DNA of 64,000 bases from Spirochaetaceae bacterium (GTDB taxonomy: Bacteria; Spirochaetota; Spirochaetia; DSM-2461): positions 96,001-160,000 of the forward strand of contig JAOPTT010000013.1 in the NCBI GenBank assembly GCA_051531975.1. The letters are read 5' to 3'. Of this stretch, positions 21,642 through 32,148 are shown one piece after another. The notes under the pieces are model-generated. The model was not told where the DNA came from and searched no databases. It worked only from the letters and a program-made list of their open reading frames with translations. Each line of letters begins with the position of its first letter. Position 1 is the stretch's first letter. A program made the translations under genes and the position numbers.

Positions 21642-22172
21642 CTTACTTAAGATGTAGTCTATTTTATTCTCGACATCCGTTTTTGAGTTCCAAAATTGTG
21701 GAAATAGTATACCAACACCACCTGCAGAATTAAACTTTTCTATATTTTGAGGATAATCATCTATTAAATATGTATTTTCTTTTGCTAATAATTCTTTATT
21801 TGGTGTAATAACATAGTCTTTAAAGTTTTTATTAAATTGACTTTGTAACCATATTAGTTTTCCAGAAAGAGAGAAGGGAGAATGTGATGGAGAAGTTAAA
21901 AAATATACCTTACCAACATTAGATAACTTTGTATAGAGATCTTCAAACCATATATAAGGTTCCATTTTAGACCAAAATTCTTCGCCTTGTTTTTCTATAT
22001 TTTTCCAAAAAACCGAATTGGAAATATCTAACACTTTAGTTGCGTTAAATTCGCCAGCATGATTTTTTTTCCATTTTGGAATTTCAATATTAGGATCAAA
22101 ATTATTTGCTTTTAAACATTCTTCTATAAAATTTGTGCAAACACCATCCATATCAAGATATATTATTTTCAT
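21636..22172 (-). CDS. HAD-superfamily 5'(3')-deoxyribonucleotidase (NT5C-like)
   Basis: YLDMDGV, LTSP, LIDD; ATG 22172 preferred because a GAGGA SD precedes it. Confidence 0.8.
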   Translation of the reverse strand: MKIIYLDMDGVCTNFIEECLKANNFDPNIEIPKWKKNHAGEFNATKVLDISNSVFWKNIEKQGEEFWSKMEPYIWFEDLYTKLSNVGKVYFLTSPSHSPFSLSGKLIWLQSQFNKNFKDYVITPNKELLAKENTYLIDDYPQNIEKFNSAGGVGILFPQFWNSKTDVENKIDYILSKL

Positions 22173-22182
22173 AATTTTCCTC

Positions 22183-22205
22183 AAAAAAAAAGAGACCGAA
22201 GTCTC
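22183..22205 (-). terminator. Rho-independent terminator with UUCG tetraloop
   Basis: Minus strand GAGAC-TTCG-GTCTC followed by T9. Confidence 0.75.
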
Positions 22206-22210
22206 AATTT

Positions 22211-23626
22211 TTATAGTTTGTCAATTAACATAGAACACTTACCAGAAGGTATAGGTAGTGTTTTTTTCTTTTCACCAATAAGGTCAAATGTAAAATAATA
22301 AAGTTTTTCAGATTCTAACCTGATCTCCCAACCTCTATTAGTTTTATTGCTTAGTATCGTGATCATATTTCTTTTAAGTGAAAGATTATTTATACCCATT
22401 AATTCAAGAGTAGGAACAATCCAATCAACAGTCTTTCTAGGAAGACTTATACAAAGTCCAACTATATTTTCAATCATTAAAGCAATAGTTGTGACACCTG
22501 TTGCAGGAATATATAGTGGTTTATATGGTTTGTCATTCCAGACTGCAGGACCTTCTTTTAAAGGTCTATAAGCTTCCCATAAAGATCCTTTTTCACCATT
22601 TTCAGGGTGAAACGTATCTAAAATAAAGTATAAATGTTTTATAGCACTTTCACGAGCGAGTTCAAATTTATTATATTTTTCTAAACCTTTAATAACCATA
22701 AAAGTAAAATATGGATAAACAGAACCACAGAAACCATTACCGGCTTCATCAAAGTCTGGTTCACTTACAGCTAAAGTTGGAAAAGGATTATCTGTTCCAA
22801 ACTGATTAGGATCATTTAGATGAGAAATTAAAGCTTCTAATCTTTCTTCATTTGGAAGTTCTGCTAAAAGAGTCCAATAGGTTGCTATTGTTTTAACTTT
22901 TATCTGATTTTCACTTTTATCTAAATCGTAATAAAATCCATCATCATCATTCCACATTTTATTTGAAATTCTAGTTTTTAATGAAAAATATCGCTTTTTA
23001 TATCTAAAACTAATCTCTTTATCGTTTAAAACATCACCTAGAGCTGACATATATAGACAAGATAAAGCTATCTGACTATTAAAATCTACTTGATAGTATG
23101 AGTTTTTTCTAGGAGAATTATCCATTGTTGTAGCACTTAATGGTACCGAATAAAGACCATTTTCCATTCTATAATTATCATCCAACCAGGTATAATATAA
23201 TTCTAAGTAGGGCATTATCTCTTTAATTCGTTTTTTTGCTCCAACCTTATGATATAGATTGTATTCAACCCATGCAAAAATTGGAGGATTAATACCTTCA
23301 GGATTGTTTTCTGCAAAAACTGGAGAACCATCTTCAATGCTATAATCAGATCTTATAGCTCCATTACTCTCTTGTTTGCTATAGAAATTATCCAAATAGA
23401 CAGAAACATCATAATTTTTATTTGAATAGACTAAAAAGAAGGAAGACATACAAGTTTCAAACATATTTATTGTTTTTTGTTCTGGATGAGCGAAATATTC
23501 TTTTATTCCGTTAGTACTATTACCCTTTTTTTCAAAATCTACTGACCATGCCCATGTTCTATCGTATATATCTACGAAGTCTTGATCGTAGTAGTTCACA
23601 CTTGGAAATTCTTCCTTTAATGCCAT
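22211..23626 (-). CDS. Glycoside hydrolase, GH63/MGH1 (trehalase-like) fold
   Basis: NPPIFAW, MDNSPR, MWN..DGFYYD, LWEAY.P motifs; substrate not determinable. Confidence 0.72.
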   Translation of the reverse strand: MALKEEFPSVNYYDQDFVDIYDRTWAWSVDFEKKGNSTNGIKEYFAHPEQKTINMFETCMSSFFLVYSNKNYDVSVYLDNFYSKQESNGAIRSDYSIEDGSPVFAENNPEGINPPIFAWVEYNLYHKVGAKKRIKEIMPYLELYYTWLDDNYRMENGLYSVPLSATTMDNSPRKNSYYQVDFNSQIALSCLYMSALGDVLNDKEISFRYKKRYFSLKTRISNKMWNDDDGFYYDLDKSENQIKVKTIATYWTLLAELPNEERLEALISHLNDPNQFGTDNPFPTLAVSEPDFDEAGNGFCGSVYPYFTFMVIKGLEKYNKFELARESAIKHLYFILDTFHPENGEKGSLWEAYRPLKEGPAVWNDKPYKPLYIPATGVTTIALMIENIVGLCISLPRKTVDWIVPTLELMGINNLSLKRNMITILSNKTNRGWEIRLESEKLYYFTFDLIGEKKKTLPIPSGKCSMLIDKL

Positions 23627-23700
23627 ATTATTCCTCTATAATTGTATTGTTATTTTATTAATAGTTAGCTTACAGTTTAACACAATATGATAAAGAATGT

Positions 23701-24834
23701 CTATTTAAAAATAAATATATTATTATCTGCTCTTTTATATATCTCATTATCACAATATACAGGGAATTGATATGTCATTCCCCCTTGCTCAAAGGTTACG
23801 TTACCAACTTTTTCTCCATATGTAATTGGGGCGTCTATAGATTTAAAGTCGTAATTAAAAGTGACACCTTTTAATAATGTAAATTTTCTTTTAAACGGGA
23901 TAATTGGTTTAATAAATTTTACTAAACCATTATTTACTTTAACTAAAGGTAGCTTAATCGTATCTAGATTTACGTTTATATAATGATTAAGCCCAGTTTC
24001 TAATATTTTAATACTGTCATAAATTCTTTTATACTCAGCTTCAACCTTATTTTTGTCTCTAACTCCTGATAACACAGCAATTACACGTCTGGTAGAGTTT
24101 TTGGCTGTTAAAGATATGTTTAGACCAGATTTATCTATAAAGCCTGTTTTAAGACCATCACATCCAGGGAATAACCCGATTATTGGGTTATGATTATACT
24201 GGGTAATACCACCTATTGATGTATTACCATTTTTCTTTTTAGGGTAAGTAAAACTCTCTAATGAAAAAAGTTCATCTAAAGCCTCAGGATATTTTTTTAA
24301 GAAAATTAGGCAAAATTCTACAAACTGGATTACAGTAATTTGATTGTCATCTGCAAATCCTGAAGAGTCGATAAACTTTAAAGATGATAGACCTAGGTTT
24401 GTCATCTCATTATTGACCTCTATTAAATAATCATTAACGGAACCATAAAGGTGTTCTGCAATGGCAATTGCTGCATCATTTCCTGAAGGAATGGCCAACC
24501 CTACCATAAGTTCAATCAGTGTTACTTTTTGACCTTTCTCAATGAACATTAAAGATGAATCTCGAGGTAGATTTCTCCAGTCAGCATTTTTAGTAATAGT
24601 TACAAGATCAGTTTTATTAACTAAATTGTTATCTATAGCCAAATATGCCATATATAAAGTAACTAGTTTTGTCATAGATGCTGGTGCTATTACTTTATTA
24701 ATATTCTTATGATAGAGAATTTGTTCGGTATCATAGTCTATTAAAATTGCTGCATCTGACCATATATCAAAATCATCAGCAACAATATTAAATGTAAGCA
24801 ATATTAAAAATATTAAAGAAATTATTTTTTTCAT
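23701..24834 (-). CDS. D-alanyl-D-alanine carboxypeptidase (peptidase S11)
   Basis: Signal peptide; SMTK, SGN, KTG penicillin-binding motifs. Confidence 0.92.
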   Translation of the reverse strand: MKKIISLIFLILLTFNIVADDFDIWSDAAILIDYDTEQILYHKNINKVIAPASMTKLVTLYMAYLAIDNNLVNKTDLVTITKNADWRNLPRDSSLMFIEKGQKVTLIELMVGLAIPSGNDAAIAIAEHLYGSVNDYLIEVNNEMTNLGLSSLKFIDSSGFADDNQITVIQFVEFCLIFLKKYPEALDELFSLESFTYPKKKNGNTSIGGITQYNHNPIIGLFPGCDGLKTGFIDKSGLNISLTAKNSTRRVIAVLSGVRDKNKVEAEYKRIYDSIKILETGLNHYINVNLDTIKLPLVKVNNGLVKFIKPIIPFKRKFTLLKGVTFNYDFKSIDAPITYGEKVGNVTFEQGGMTYQFPVYCDNEIYKRADNNIFIFK

Positions 24835-24900
24835 TACTTATATTATATTATTCTTTATCTTTTTGTATGCAAAGTTACGTAATTTGGTTATAGTTTTTTT

Positions 24901-25608
24901 ATGGCAAATGAATTGATATTGGTTGTTGATGACGACAAAGATTTAAGAGACTTTACTATTTCGTGTTTAGAAGAGGAGGGTTTTAAAATAATATCTGCTG
25001 AAAATGGCGAAGATGCTATAATTAAATCTGTAACACCTAAATTAGATTTAGTTCTTTTAGATCTGAATTTACCAGATATGGATGGAGAAGATATTCTTCA
25101 GAATATAAAATCAAAAAATAATATGTTGCCTGTTATCGTTTTGTCTGGAAAAAAATCCACCTCATCTAAAGTTCTTACACTTGGTCTTGGAGCAGATGAT
25201 TATGTGACAAAGCCTTATAGTGAAGATGAGTTAATTGCCAGAATTAAAGCAAATATTAAAAAATATTCAATTTTCAACAAAATTTCAGAGAGTAAAAAGT
25301 CTCATTTGATTTCTTTAGGAAATATAACATTGGATCAAAGAAGTTTTATAGTAAAAACTAGTTGTAAAGAAGAAAAATTATCACCACGTCTATTTAGTTT
25401 ATTACGATTTTTTATGGAAAACCCATCTACTGTTTATAATAAAAAGATGATATATAAAAAAGTTTGGAATGATAATCAGTTTGATGATAATACAGTTACT
25501 GTGTTTATTAGAAAATTAAGAAGAATAATCGAAGTCGATCCTAGTAAACCACAGTTTTTATTAACAGTTTGGGGCGAAGGGTATAAGTTTAACTTTTTAG
25601 AAAAGTAA
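24901..25608 (+). CDS. OmpR-family response regulator
   Basis: REC (VDDD, LLDLNLP, GADDYVTKP) plus winged-helix (TVWGEGY). Confidence 0.93.
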   Translation: MANELILVVDDDKDLRDFTISCLEEEGFKIISAENGEDAIIKSVTPKLDLVLLDLNLPDMDGEDILQNIKSKNNMLPVIVLSGKKSTSSKVLTLGLGADDYVTKPYSEDELIARIKANIKKYSIFNKISESKKSHLISLGNITLDQRSFIVKTSCKEEKLSPRLFSLLRFFMENPSTVYNKKMIYKKVWNDNQFDDNTVTVFIRKLRRIIEVDPSKPQFLLTVWGEGYKFNFLEK

Positions 25609-26845
25609 GCTTAAATTCACTTCCTTTACCTCTAGTAGAAGTAACTGAAATAGAGCCATTATTTTTAGTAACCATATCTTGTATTATATATAGTCCTAAC
25701 CCTGTAGAGTTTTCACCTTGAGTTGGTTTATTTGTAAATGGGAAAAATTTAATAAATAAATTGTCAATTTCATCCTGTGTAAAGCCATTACCACAATCAT
25801 TAAAAGAGAGAATAATATTTTTATTTTCCTCTTTAATCTTAATGTTTATATGACTATTTACAGGAGAAAACTTAATTGCATTGCTTAATAAGTTATCTAC
25901 GATAGTTGTAAAAGATATTTTATCAATATGTAATAATATCTCTGGGTTGTAATAGTAGAAGTTTACTTTTTGGTTTTTATTGTTTGCCATATCGCTATAA
26001 AACTCAATAGATAAGTTTATAATATCACATACATTTAAATCAACAAAATTTAGGATTTTATTTTCAGACCTTGAGTCATTTAATAAGTTATCAATAATTG
26101 ATAACATTTTATTTGAAGAGTCTAAAATCTTGTTTGTGTTAGCTGATTCTTTACTTCCTGGAGTAATACTTTTGAGATTTCTTGTTGCGTAACCTGAAAT
26201 TAAGGTTAACGGTGATTTTAAATCATGTGCAGCCATATCAACAATATCAGACTTTAGTTTGTTAATTTTTTTTAATGATGAGTTATCTTCAAACATATTT
26301 TTTAATGAGATTGAAGAATTGATTCTTGCTATCAACTCATAGATATTATACGGTTTAGTTATAAAGTCATTAGCTCCAGCTTCAAAACCATCTATTAAAT
26401 CCTTAATATAGTTTTTTGATGTAACCATGATTACAGGTTTCTGGTAAAGTGTATAACTCTCTCTAATTTTTTTGCAAATAGTAAAACCAGATATATCTGG
26501 TAATATTAAATCTAAAAGAACTATATCAATATCTTTTTGCTTTGTTATTAAGTTTAGAGCCTGCTCACCATTTTCTGCAGTTATTACACTATATTTTGCA
26601 GCGGTTAATTGTGCCGTAAGTAATTTTCTATTAACAAAATCATCTTCAACTATTAGAATCTTATAATTTTTATTTTTTTCAGTTAAATCATCAATTGAAA
26701 ATTTATCAGATTTGGTAAAATCTTTTTTTGAAAGCTTACTGTTAATAGCTAAAGGATTAAACTTTTTTTTACCTTTTTTTATAATGAGAATATGAATAAT
26801 AATCGTTGAAATTGCTATAACTAAAATAGTAAAAGTAATCATCAT
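25589..26845 (-). CDS. Hybrid histidine kinase (TM-REC-HisKA-HATPase)
   Basis: One N-terminal TM, REC domain, AAHDLKSPL, NLLSNAIKF, GLGL. Confidence 0.9.
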   Translation of the reverse strand: MMITFTILVIAISTIIIHILIIKKGKKKFNPLAINSKLSKKDFTKSDKFSIDDLTEKNKNYKILIVEDDFVNRKLLTAQLTAAKYSVITAENGEQALNLITKQKDIDIVLLDLILPDISGFTICKKIRESYTLYQKPVIMVTSKNYIKDLIDGFEAGANDFITKPYNIYELIARINSSISLKNMFEDNSSLKKINKLKSDIVDMAAHDLKSPLTLISGYATRNLKSITPGSKESANTNKILDSSNKMLSIIDNLLNDSRSENKILNFVDLNVCDIINLSIEFYSDMANNKNQKVNFYYYNPEILLHIDKISFTTIVDNLLSNAIKFSPVNSHINIKIKEENKNIILSFNDCGNGFTQDEIDNLFIKFFPFTNKPTQGENSTGLGLYIIQDMVTKNNGSISVTSTRGKGSEFKLTFLKS

Positions 26846-26888
26846 CTTGCTAATTATATACTATAGAAATTATAAAAATAAGTAATAT

Positions 26889-26913
26889 AAAAAAAAAGTG
26901 GGCAAAGGCCCAC
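26889..26913 (-). terminator. Terminator after the SPFH genes
   Basis: GTGGGC-N4-GCCCAC stem with T9 on the minus strand. Confidence 0.8.
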
Positions 26914-26917
26914 ATTT

Positions 26918-27859
26918 TTAATTTAAAGCTGTTTTAATTTTATTGATTATTACCTCTGGATTTGATAAATCCAGAGGGAATACAACTTTATTGTCTTTTT
27001 TATTTAAAGAACCTAATGTTGTTATATAGTCTTCAGTTAATTGTAAAGCTAAGGCATCTTTTCCTCCAGGAATAGATAGTGCTTCAGCTATTTTAGAGAT
27101 TCCTATCGCTGTCGCTTTAGAAATTGATAATATTTCAGCAGCTTTACCTTCTGCTTCGTTTATCATTTTTTCTTTTTCTCCCTCACTAATGTTAATAAGT
27201 TTCTGGAGTTCACCTTCCGATCTTCTTATTCGTGAAAGCATATCACCTTCAGAATCTAAAATTCTTGCTCTTTTATCACGGTCAGCTTGAACTTGCTTTT
27301 CCATAGTTTTTAGCACAGTTTTAGGGAAATCAATATTTTGTATTTCATATCTTGTTACAGATATTCCCCATGGTTTAGTTGCTTGATCTACGTTCTGAAT
27401 TATTTCAGAATTGATACGTTCTCTCTCTTCGAAAGTTGTATCTAAATCCATTTTTCCGATTACAGATCTCATCATTGTTTGCGCTAATTGAATTGTTGCA
27501 TACTCATAATCTTGAAGTTTTGGAGTATAAAGCCTTTTTGTTATCCCATAACTAGCTTTAACAGGATCTATTACTTTAAAATATAGAACACCATCAATAT
27601 CAATTTTAACATTATCTTCTGTAAAACATGGTTGAGGTGGAACTGCTAGAGCCTTTTCTTTAAGATTATGTTTATACTGAACTTTATCAAAGAAAGGTAT
27701 TAATAAATGTATACCTGCCTCAAAAGTAGAATAGTATTTTCCTAGTCTTTCAACAACAAATGCAGATTGTGCAGGAACAACTCTAATTGATTTAAATAGT
27801 ATAATTGCAACAATTATAGCTAGAACAAGATATAGATTGTCTAATATTAAGTTAATCAT
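26918..27859 (-). CDS. SPFH/stomatin-like (paraslipin/QmcA) protein 2
   Basis: N-terminal TM, VVERLGKY, TEDNV, RSVIG, WGI.VTRYEI. Confidence 0.92.
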   Translation of the reverse strand: MINLILDNLYLVLAIIVAIILFKSIRVVPAQSAFVVERLGKYYSTFEAGIHLLIPFFDKVQYKHNLKEKALAVPPQPCFTEDNVKIDIDGVLYFKVIDPVKASYGITKRLYTPKLQDYEYATIQLAQTMMRSVIGKMDLDTTFEERERINSEIIQNVDQATKPWGISVTRYEIQNIDFPKTVLKTMEKQVQADRDKRARILDSEGDMLSRIRRSEGELQKLINISEGEKEKMINEAEGKAAEILSISKATAIGISKIAEALSIPGGKDALALQLTEDYITTLGSLNKKDNKVVFPLDLSNPEVIINKIKTALN

Positions 27860-28770
27860 TATTTTTTCCCTCCATTTATTGCTGGTAAAATTGTTTGAAG
27901 TATAGAGTTTAGTTCAGCTTCAGGAAGTGGTAATACTGTTGTATCAGATGAACCAAGTATTCCATCTAATTCAACCATATATTGTTGTATTATTCTCATT
28001 TTTACTGCTGAATCTCCATTTGCCTGTTTTATCGAAGCACCAACCATTTTTAGACCTTCAGCTCTAGCTTCAGCTATTATTTCAATAGATTTTGCTTTAC
28101 CTTCGGCTCTATTAACTTTACTTTGTTTTTCACCTAAAGAGTAGTTAATAGACTCTTGTCGTTCACCTTTTGATTGGTTAATATGAGCTGTTTTTATACC
28201 ATCACTTTCAAGTATATCCGCTCTCTTTTCACGTTCTGCAGTCATCTGTTGTTCCATAGCATCTTGGATAGAAGACGGAGGATCAATATCTTTTATTTCG
28301 TATCTAGTTACCTTTATACCCCAAGGATCAGATGCAATATCTACACTCTTAACAACTGCTGCATTAATATCTTCCCGTTCACAGAATGTTTTATCTAAGC
28401 TTATTTTCCCTATTTCACTTCTAAGAGTAGTTTGGGCTAATTGAGCTGTAGCAAATCGGTAATTATCAATTCCATATGATGCTTTATTGGGATCCATAAC
28501 TTTAAGATATAAAATACCATCAATTTTTAGTTGTACATTGTCTTTTGTAATACAAACTTGAGGAGGAACATCTATAACTTCCTCTTTTAACACATGTTTG
28601 TATGCAACTTTTTGTAATATTGGTATTACAATGTGAAGTCCAGGACCTAGTGTTTTTCTGTATTTACCAAAATTTTCAATTACCCATGCATGTTCCTGAG
28701 GAACAATTACAAAGGTTCTAATAAATGTAATAATTATAATAATTGCTATTATTATGACTATAATGTTCAT
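27859..28770 (-). CDS. SPFH/stomatin-like (paraslipin/QmcA) protein 1
   Basis: ITKDNV, AQTTLRSEIG, QMTAEREKRA. Confidence 0.93.
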   Translation of the reverse strand: MNIIVIIIAIIIIITFIRTFVIVPQEHAWVIENFGKYRKTLGPGLHIVIPILQKVAYKHVLKEEVIDVPPQVCITKDNVQLKIDGILYLKVMDPNKASYGIDNYRFATAQLAQTTLRSEIGKISLDKTFCEREDINAAVVKSVDIASDPWGIKVTRYEIKDIDPPSSIQDAMEQQMTAEREKRADILESDGIKTAHINQSKGERQESINYSLGEKQSKVNRAEGKAKSIEIIAEARAEGLKMVGASIKQANGDSAVKMRIIQQYMVELDGILGSSDTTVLPLPEAELNSILQTILPAINGGKK

Positions 28771-28783
28771 TATTTCTCCTTAT

Positions 28784-29230
28784 TTATTTAATTTCTTTTA
28801 TAATAAAAATCATAGGATAATTTTCTTTTTTCCCTACAATTAATACTTTTTTGTTTTTACTAAGTTTACCTTCCATAGTTTCTGCTATCCAAGTAGTTCC
28901 ATGAAATTTAACTCTTCCGGGTTTATTAACTGATACTGACTCAGTTACAATACATTCCTGGTCTGTATAGTCATCTCTCTCTTTAAAAAGTTCTCCTTTT
29001 AGTGCCATTTTAAAACGACGTCTTAAAAATATTAAAGATATAATTGATACAACTGTAAAAATTATAATTTGTACCGCTGTTTGATCTCTTAACGGGGGGA
29101 TGATTAGTATAATCGCTGACGTTAATATAGCTCCTAGGCCAAAAAAGAAAATTGTAAAACCTGGAATTAAAAACTCAGATAATAATAATAAGACTCCAAT
29201 AACGAACCAAAATGTTATAATATATTCCAT
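28784..29230 (-). CDS. NfeD family membrane protein (short form)
   Basis: Three TMs plus GRVKFHGTTWIA OB-fold; start moved to ATG 29230 to avoid head-to-head overlap with yigZ. Confidence 0.88.
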   Translation of the reverse strand: MEYIITFWFVIGVLLLLSEFLIPGFTIFFFGLGAILTSAIILIIPPLRDQTAVQIIIFTVVSIISLIFLRRRFKMALKGELFKERDDYTDQECIVTESVSVNKPGRVKFHGTTWIAETMEGKLSKNKKVLIVGKKENYPMIFIIKEIK

Positions 29231-29292
29231 AACTTTAAATCTATATTCATTATAGTAAGTAGTCAAAAGGTTTTTATAAAAAAGGATAATAT

Positions 29293-29889
29293 ATGTCATT
29301 AGTCCCATTAGGATATTACAAAACAGAGATAGAGATTAAAAAGTCTAAATTCATTGGAATTGGAGTACCAATTTCTAGTCCAGAAGAGGCAAGAGATTTA
29401 TTAAAAGAAATTAGAGCACAATATTCTGATTCTAGGCATGTCTGCTACTGCTTCGTATGGGGTAAAAGTTCAACCCATATGGGAATGAGTGACGATGGAG
29501 AACCTAGTGGTACAGCTGGAAGGCCAATGTTAGAAGTTGTTAAAGGAACAGGATACGAAAATATATTAGTTGCTGCTGTTAGATATTTTGGCGGAATAAA
29601 GCTTGGGACTGGTGGGCTCGTTAAAGCTTATACACAGATTACAAAACTTGTTGTCGAAAATATAAAGGTTGAAGAGTTTATCAAGAAAATTGAGGCAGAG
29701 TTTATTACGCCCTATGGATTATATGATGTTATAAAAAAAGTAATAGAAGAATTCTCATGTGAAATATTAAACGAAACATTTTTGGTTGATATAAGAATAA
29801 TAGTAAATATACCAGAGATAAATATAGATGAATTTAAAATTAAAATAATGGATGTATCAAATGGTAAAATAAAACTAATTAGACATTAA
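29293..29889 (+). CDS. yigZ: YigZ/IMPACT family protein
   Basis: IKKSKFI, SDDGEPSGTAG.PML, RYFGGIKLGTGGLVKAY. Confidence 0.92.
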   Translation: MSLVPLGYYKTEIEIKKSKFIGIGVPISSPEEARDLLKEIRAQYSDSRHVCYCFVWGKSSTHMGMSDDGEPSGTAGRPMLEVVKGTGYENILVAAVRYFGGIKLGTGGLVKAYTQITKLVVENIKVEEFIKKIEAEFITPYGLYDVIKKVIEEFSCEILNETFLVDIRIIVNIPEINIDEFKIKIMDVSNGKIKLIRH

Positions 29890-32139
29890 TTCTCTGTTAA
29901 TATGGTCAATTTTATTTGATAATACATTTGTAGAAGTTGTTTCAGGCATAAATTGTGTAAGACTTTGTATATAGCTCATCGCATTAGATAGTTCATCAAT
30001 ACTTACTTCTTTTTCTTGAATAGTTGCATCTATGTTTAATAGACCACTTTTACCTTCTAGTTTAGAGATTATAGTTCCAAGCTTTAGATTAACATTCTCT
30101 TTTTCCATGTAATTTGTCTGTTTTTCTGGTAAAAATGATGAAAGCACATCAAGATACTTAAGCATATCTGTAACTTCTTCCATTTCAAGGAGCTTATCTT
30201 CTTCAACTTCTTCATCTTCTGGATGCATTGAATCTAATGTCTCTTGTGGTTCTTCCTCAGCTTCAGTATCACTGTTTTCTATATCTTCAATTTCATCATC
30301 ATTAATATCTTCATCTTTGATTTCATTATCTTTGATATCTTCATCAACATCATCAACTAGATCAACTAGATCATCGTTATATAGATCTTCATCCTCTTCA
30401 TCGATAATGATCTCATCGTCTTCTGCTAAGTCTTCATCAACAATCAAAGAGTCTTCTATATCTTCTCCAACCTCTACTATCTCTGTTATATCTTCATTAA
30501 CTGATACCCCAGAGTTTACACTTCCATAGTTTAGAATATTGGTGAAGTCATCTTCTTCACTTTCAGCATATTTGGATTCGCTTTGCCTAGATCTTTCATT
30601 AACAGTTATTAAGCTTTTAATGTTCTCTTCTATCTGAGTATTTACTTCTAAGTTCTCCATTCTTTTTTCATAGTTTTGTAATGTTTTAAGTAGAGTATCT
30701 AAGCTCGCAGGATCCCCACTATTTGATTGAATTTCCATTATTTCATTAGTAATACCCATAGATTCTTCTTCTCGTCCAGTATTCATGTAAACACTTGATA
30801 ACATTTCTAAATCGTCTGAATTTGTAGGATCCACTTCCAAAATATCTTTTAATATCGTTTCGGCTTCCTCTAGTTTACTTTGTTTATATAGACTTGTGGT
30901 AAGGTTTCTTTTTGCAGAAATACTTTCTGGTTCTATATCTATAAGTTTAGTAAAAAGCTTTTCTGCCTGTACATAATTCTTTTTTTCTAGATTTATATCT
31001 GCTACCCTTTTTAGAGTTTCACTGTCTGTGGGTTCATTCTCCAGCACTTTATTTAGATATTTTTGTGTCTCAACAATGTTATCTTTTTGAGCGTATATAA
31101 TAGCCAAATTTTTAGGTATAGATGAGTTATCAACTTCTTCAATTGATTTTAATACCTCTTCAGCGCCACTATAATCTTCTATATTTATATATGCTTCTCC
31201 AAGTTCAATTGCTGATTCATAGTCAGTTGGAAATTGTGTTGTGTGCCTTTTTAGTTCTTCAGCTAAAATTGCTGATTCATTTGACTTATCGTATATATCA
31301 CATAGATTTCTTGAAGACTTATAATGAGCAGGATCATTTTTAAGAGTTTTTTTCAGATAAACTTTTGCTTGTTCTTTATCACCTAATTTTGAGTAGACAT
31401 ATCCTATATTATTTGTAGCTTGAACATTGCTTGAGTCATTAGTAAGTATTTTTTCAAACATCTCAATAGCATCACTGTTTTCACCTTTTTGTTCTTTTAT
31501 TATTGCAAGGTTATTTAAACAAGGGATCCAATTTGGCTTATATTTTAATATTTCAGTAAACTCTTTTTCTGCTAAATCTACATTTCCATTTTTTTCAAGA
31601 TATAATCCATAATTAAACCGTAATTTATAGTTGTTTGGGTCGCTTGATAATCCTTTTTCATAGATTTGTTCAAGTTCTTCAAACCTTTCTGATAACTCCA
31701 GTGCTGTGGATAAATTTGTATAACTCTGATGAAAATGTGGATCAATTTCTATTGCATTTTTATACTCTATTATAGCTTCATCGTACTCTTGTTCATTTTT
31801 TAATAAGTTACCAACATTAAAATGTATATCTGCTCTATCTGGATCGATAGAAAGTGCTTTATTGAATGCTCTAGATGCCTTTCCAAAATTACCCATTTTT
31901 CTGTGGATAATTCCAAGATTATTATATGTTTCAGCTGAATCAGGATTTATGTCAATTGCTTTCTCAAAACATTTAATAGATTCATCAGACTTTGATAATT
32001 GAGCTTTTATATTTCCTAAAAGAACTAAAAGTTTATCATCACCTTCAGCTGTTGATAAAAAGTCTTCAATTAACTCTTCAGCTTCATTAAATTGGTTTAA
32101 TCTGTAATAATCTATTGCATTTTTATATTGTTCTGTCAC
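29875..32139 (-). CDS. Tetratricopeptide-repeat protein with acidic linker
   Basis: Many TPR units (YNNLG...A...F.KA...P) in the N-terminal ~470 aa, D/E-rich segment, helical C-terminus; GTG start. Confidence 0.85.
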   Translation of the reverse strand: MTEQYKNAIDYYRLNQFNEAEELIEDFLSTAEGDDKLLVLLGNIKAQLSKSDESIKCFEKAIDINPDSAETYNNLGIIHRKMGNFGKASRAFNKALSIDPDRADIHFNVGNLLKNEQEYDEAIIEYKNAIEIDPHFHQSYTNLSTALELSERFEELEQIYEKGLSSDPNNYKLRFNYGLYLEKNGNVDLAEKEFTEILKYKPNWIPCLNNLAIIKEQKGENSDAIEMFEKILTNDSSNVQATNNIGYVYSKLGDKEQAKVYLKKTLKNDPAHYKSSRNLCDIYDKSNESAILAEELKRHTTQFPTDYESAIELGEAYINIEDYSGAEEVLKSIEEVDNSSIPKNLAIIYAQKDNIVETQKYLNKVLENEPTDSETLKRVADINLEKKNYVQAEKLFTKLIDIEPESISAKRNLTTSLYKQSKLEEAETILKDILEVDPTNSDDLEMLSSVYMNTGREEESMGITNEIMEIQSNSGDPASLDTLLKTLQNYEKRMENLEVNTQIEENIKSLITVNERSRQSESKYAESEEDDFTNILNYGSVNSGVSVNEDITEIVEVGEDIEDSLIVDEDLAEDDEIIIDEEDEDLYNDDLVDLVDDVDEDIKDNEIKDEDINDDEIEDIENSDTEAEEEPQETLDSMHPEDEEVEEDKLLEMEEVTDMLKYLDVLSSFLPEKQTNYMEKENVNLKLGTIISKLEGKSGLLNIDATIQEKEVSIDELSNAMSYIQSLTQFMPETTSTNVLSNKIDHINRELMSN

Positions 32140-32148
32140 ATTTTTACC

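Noticed and set aside
26918..29230. NfeD plus two SPFH genes as a novel system
   Set aside because: NfeD-stomatin operons are established and common
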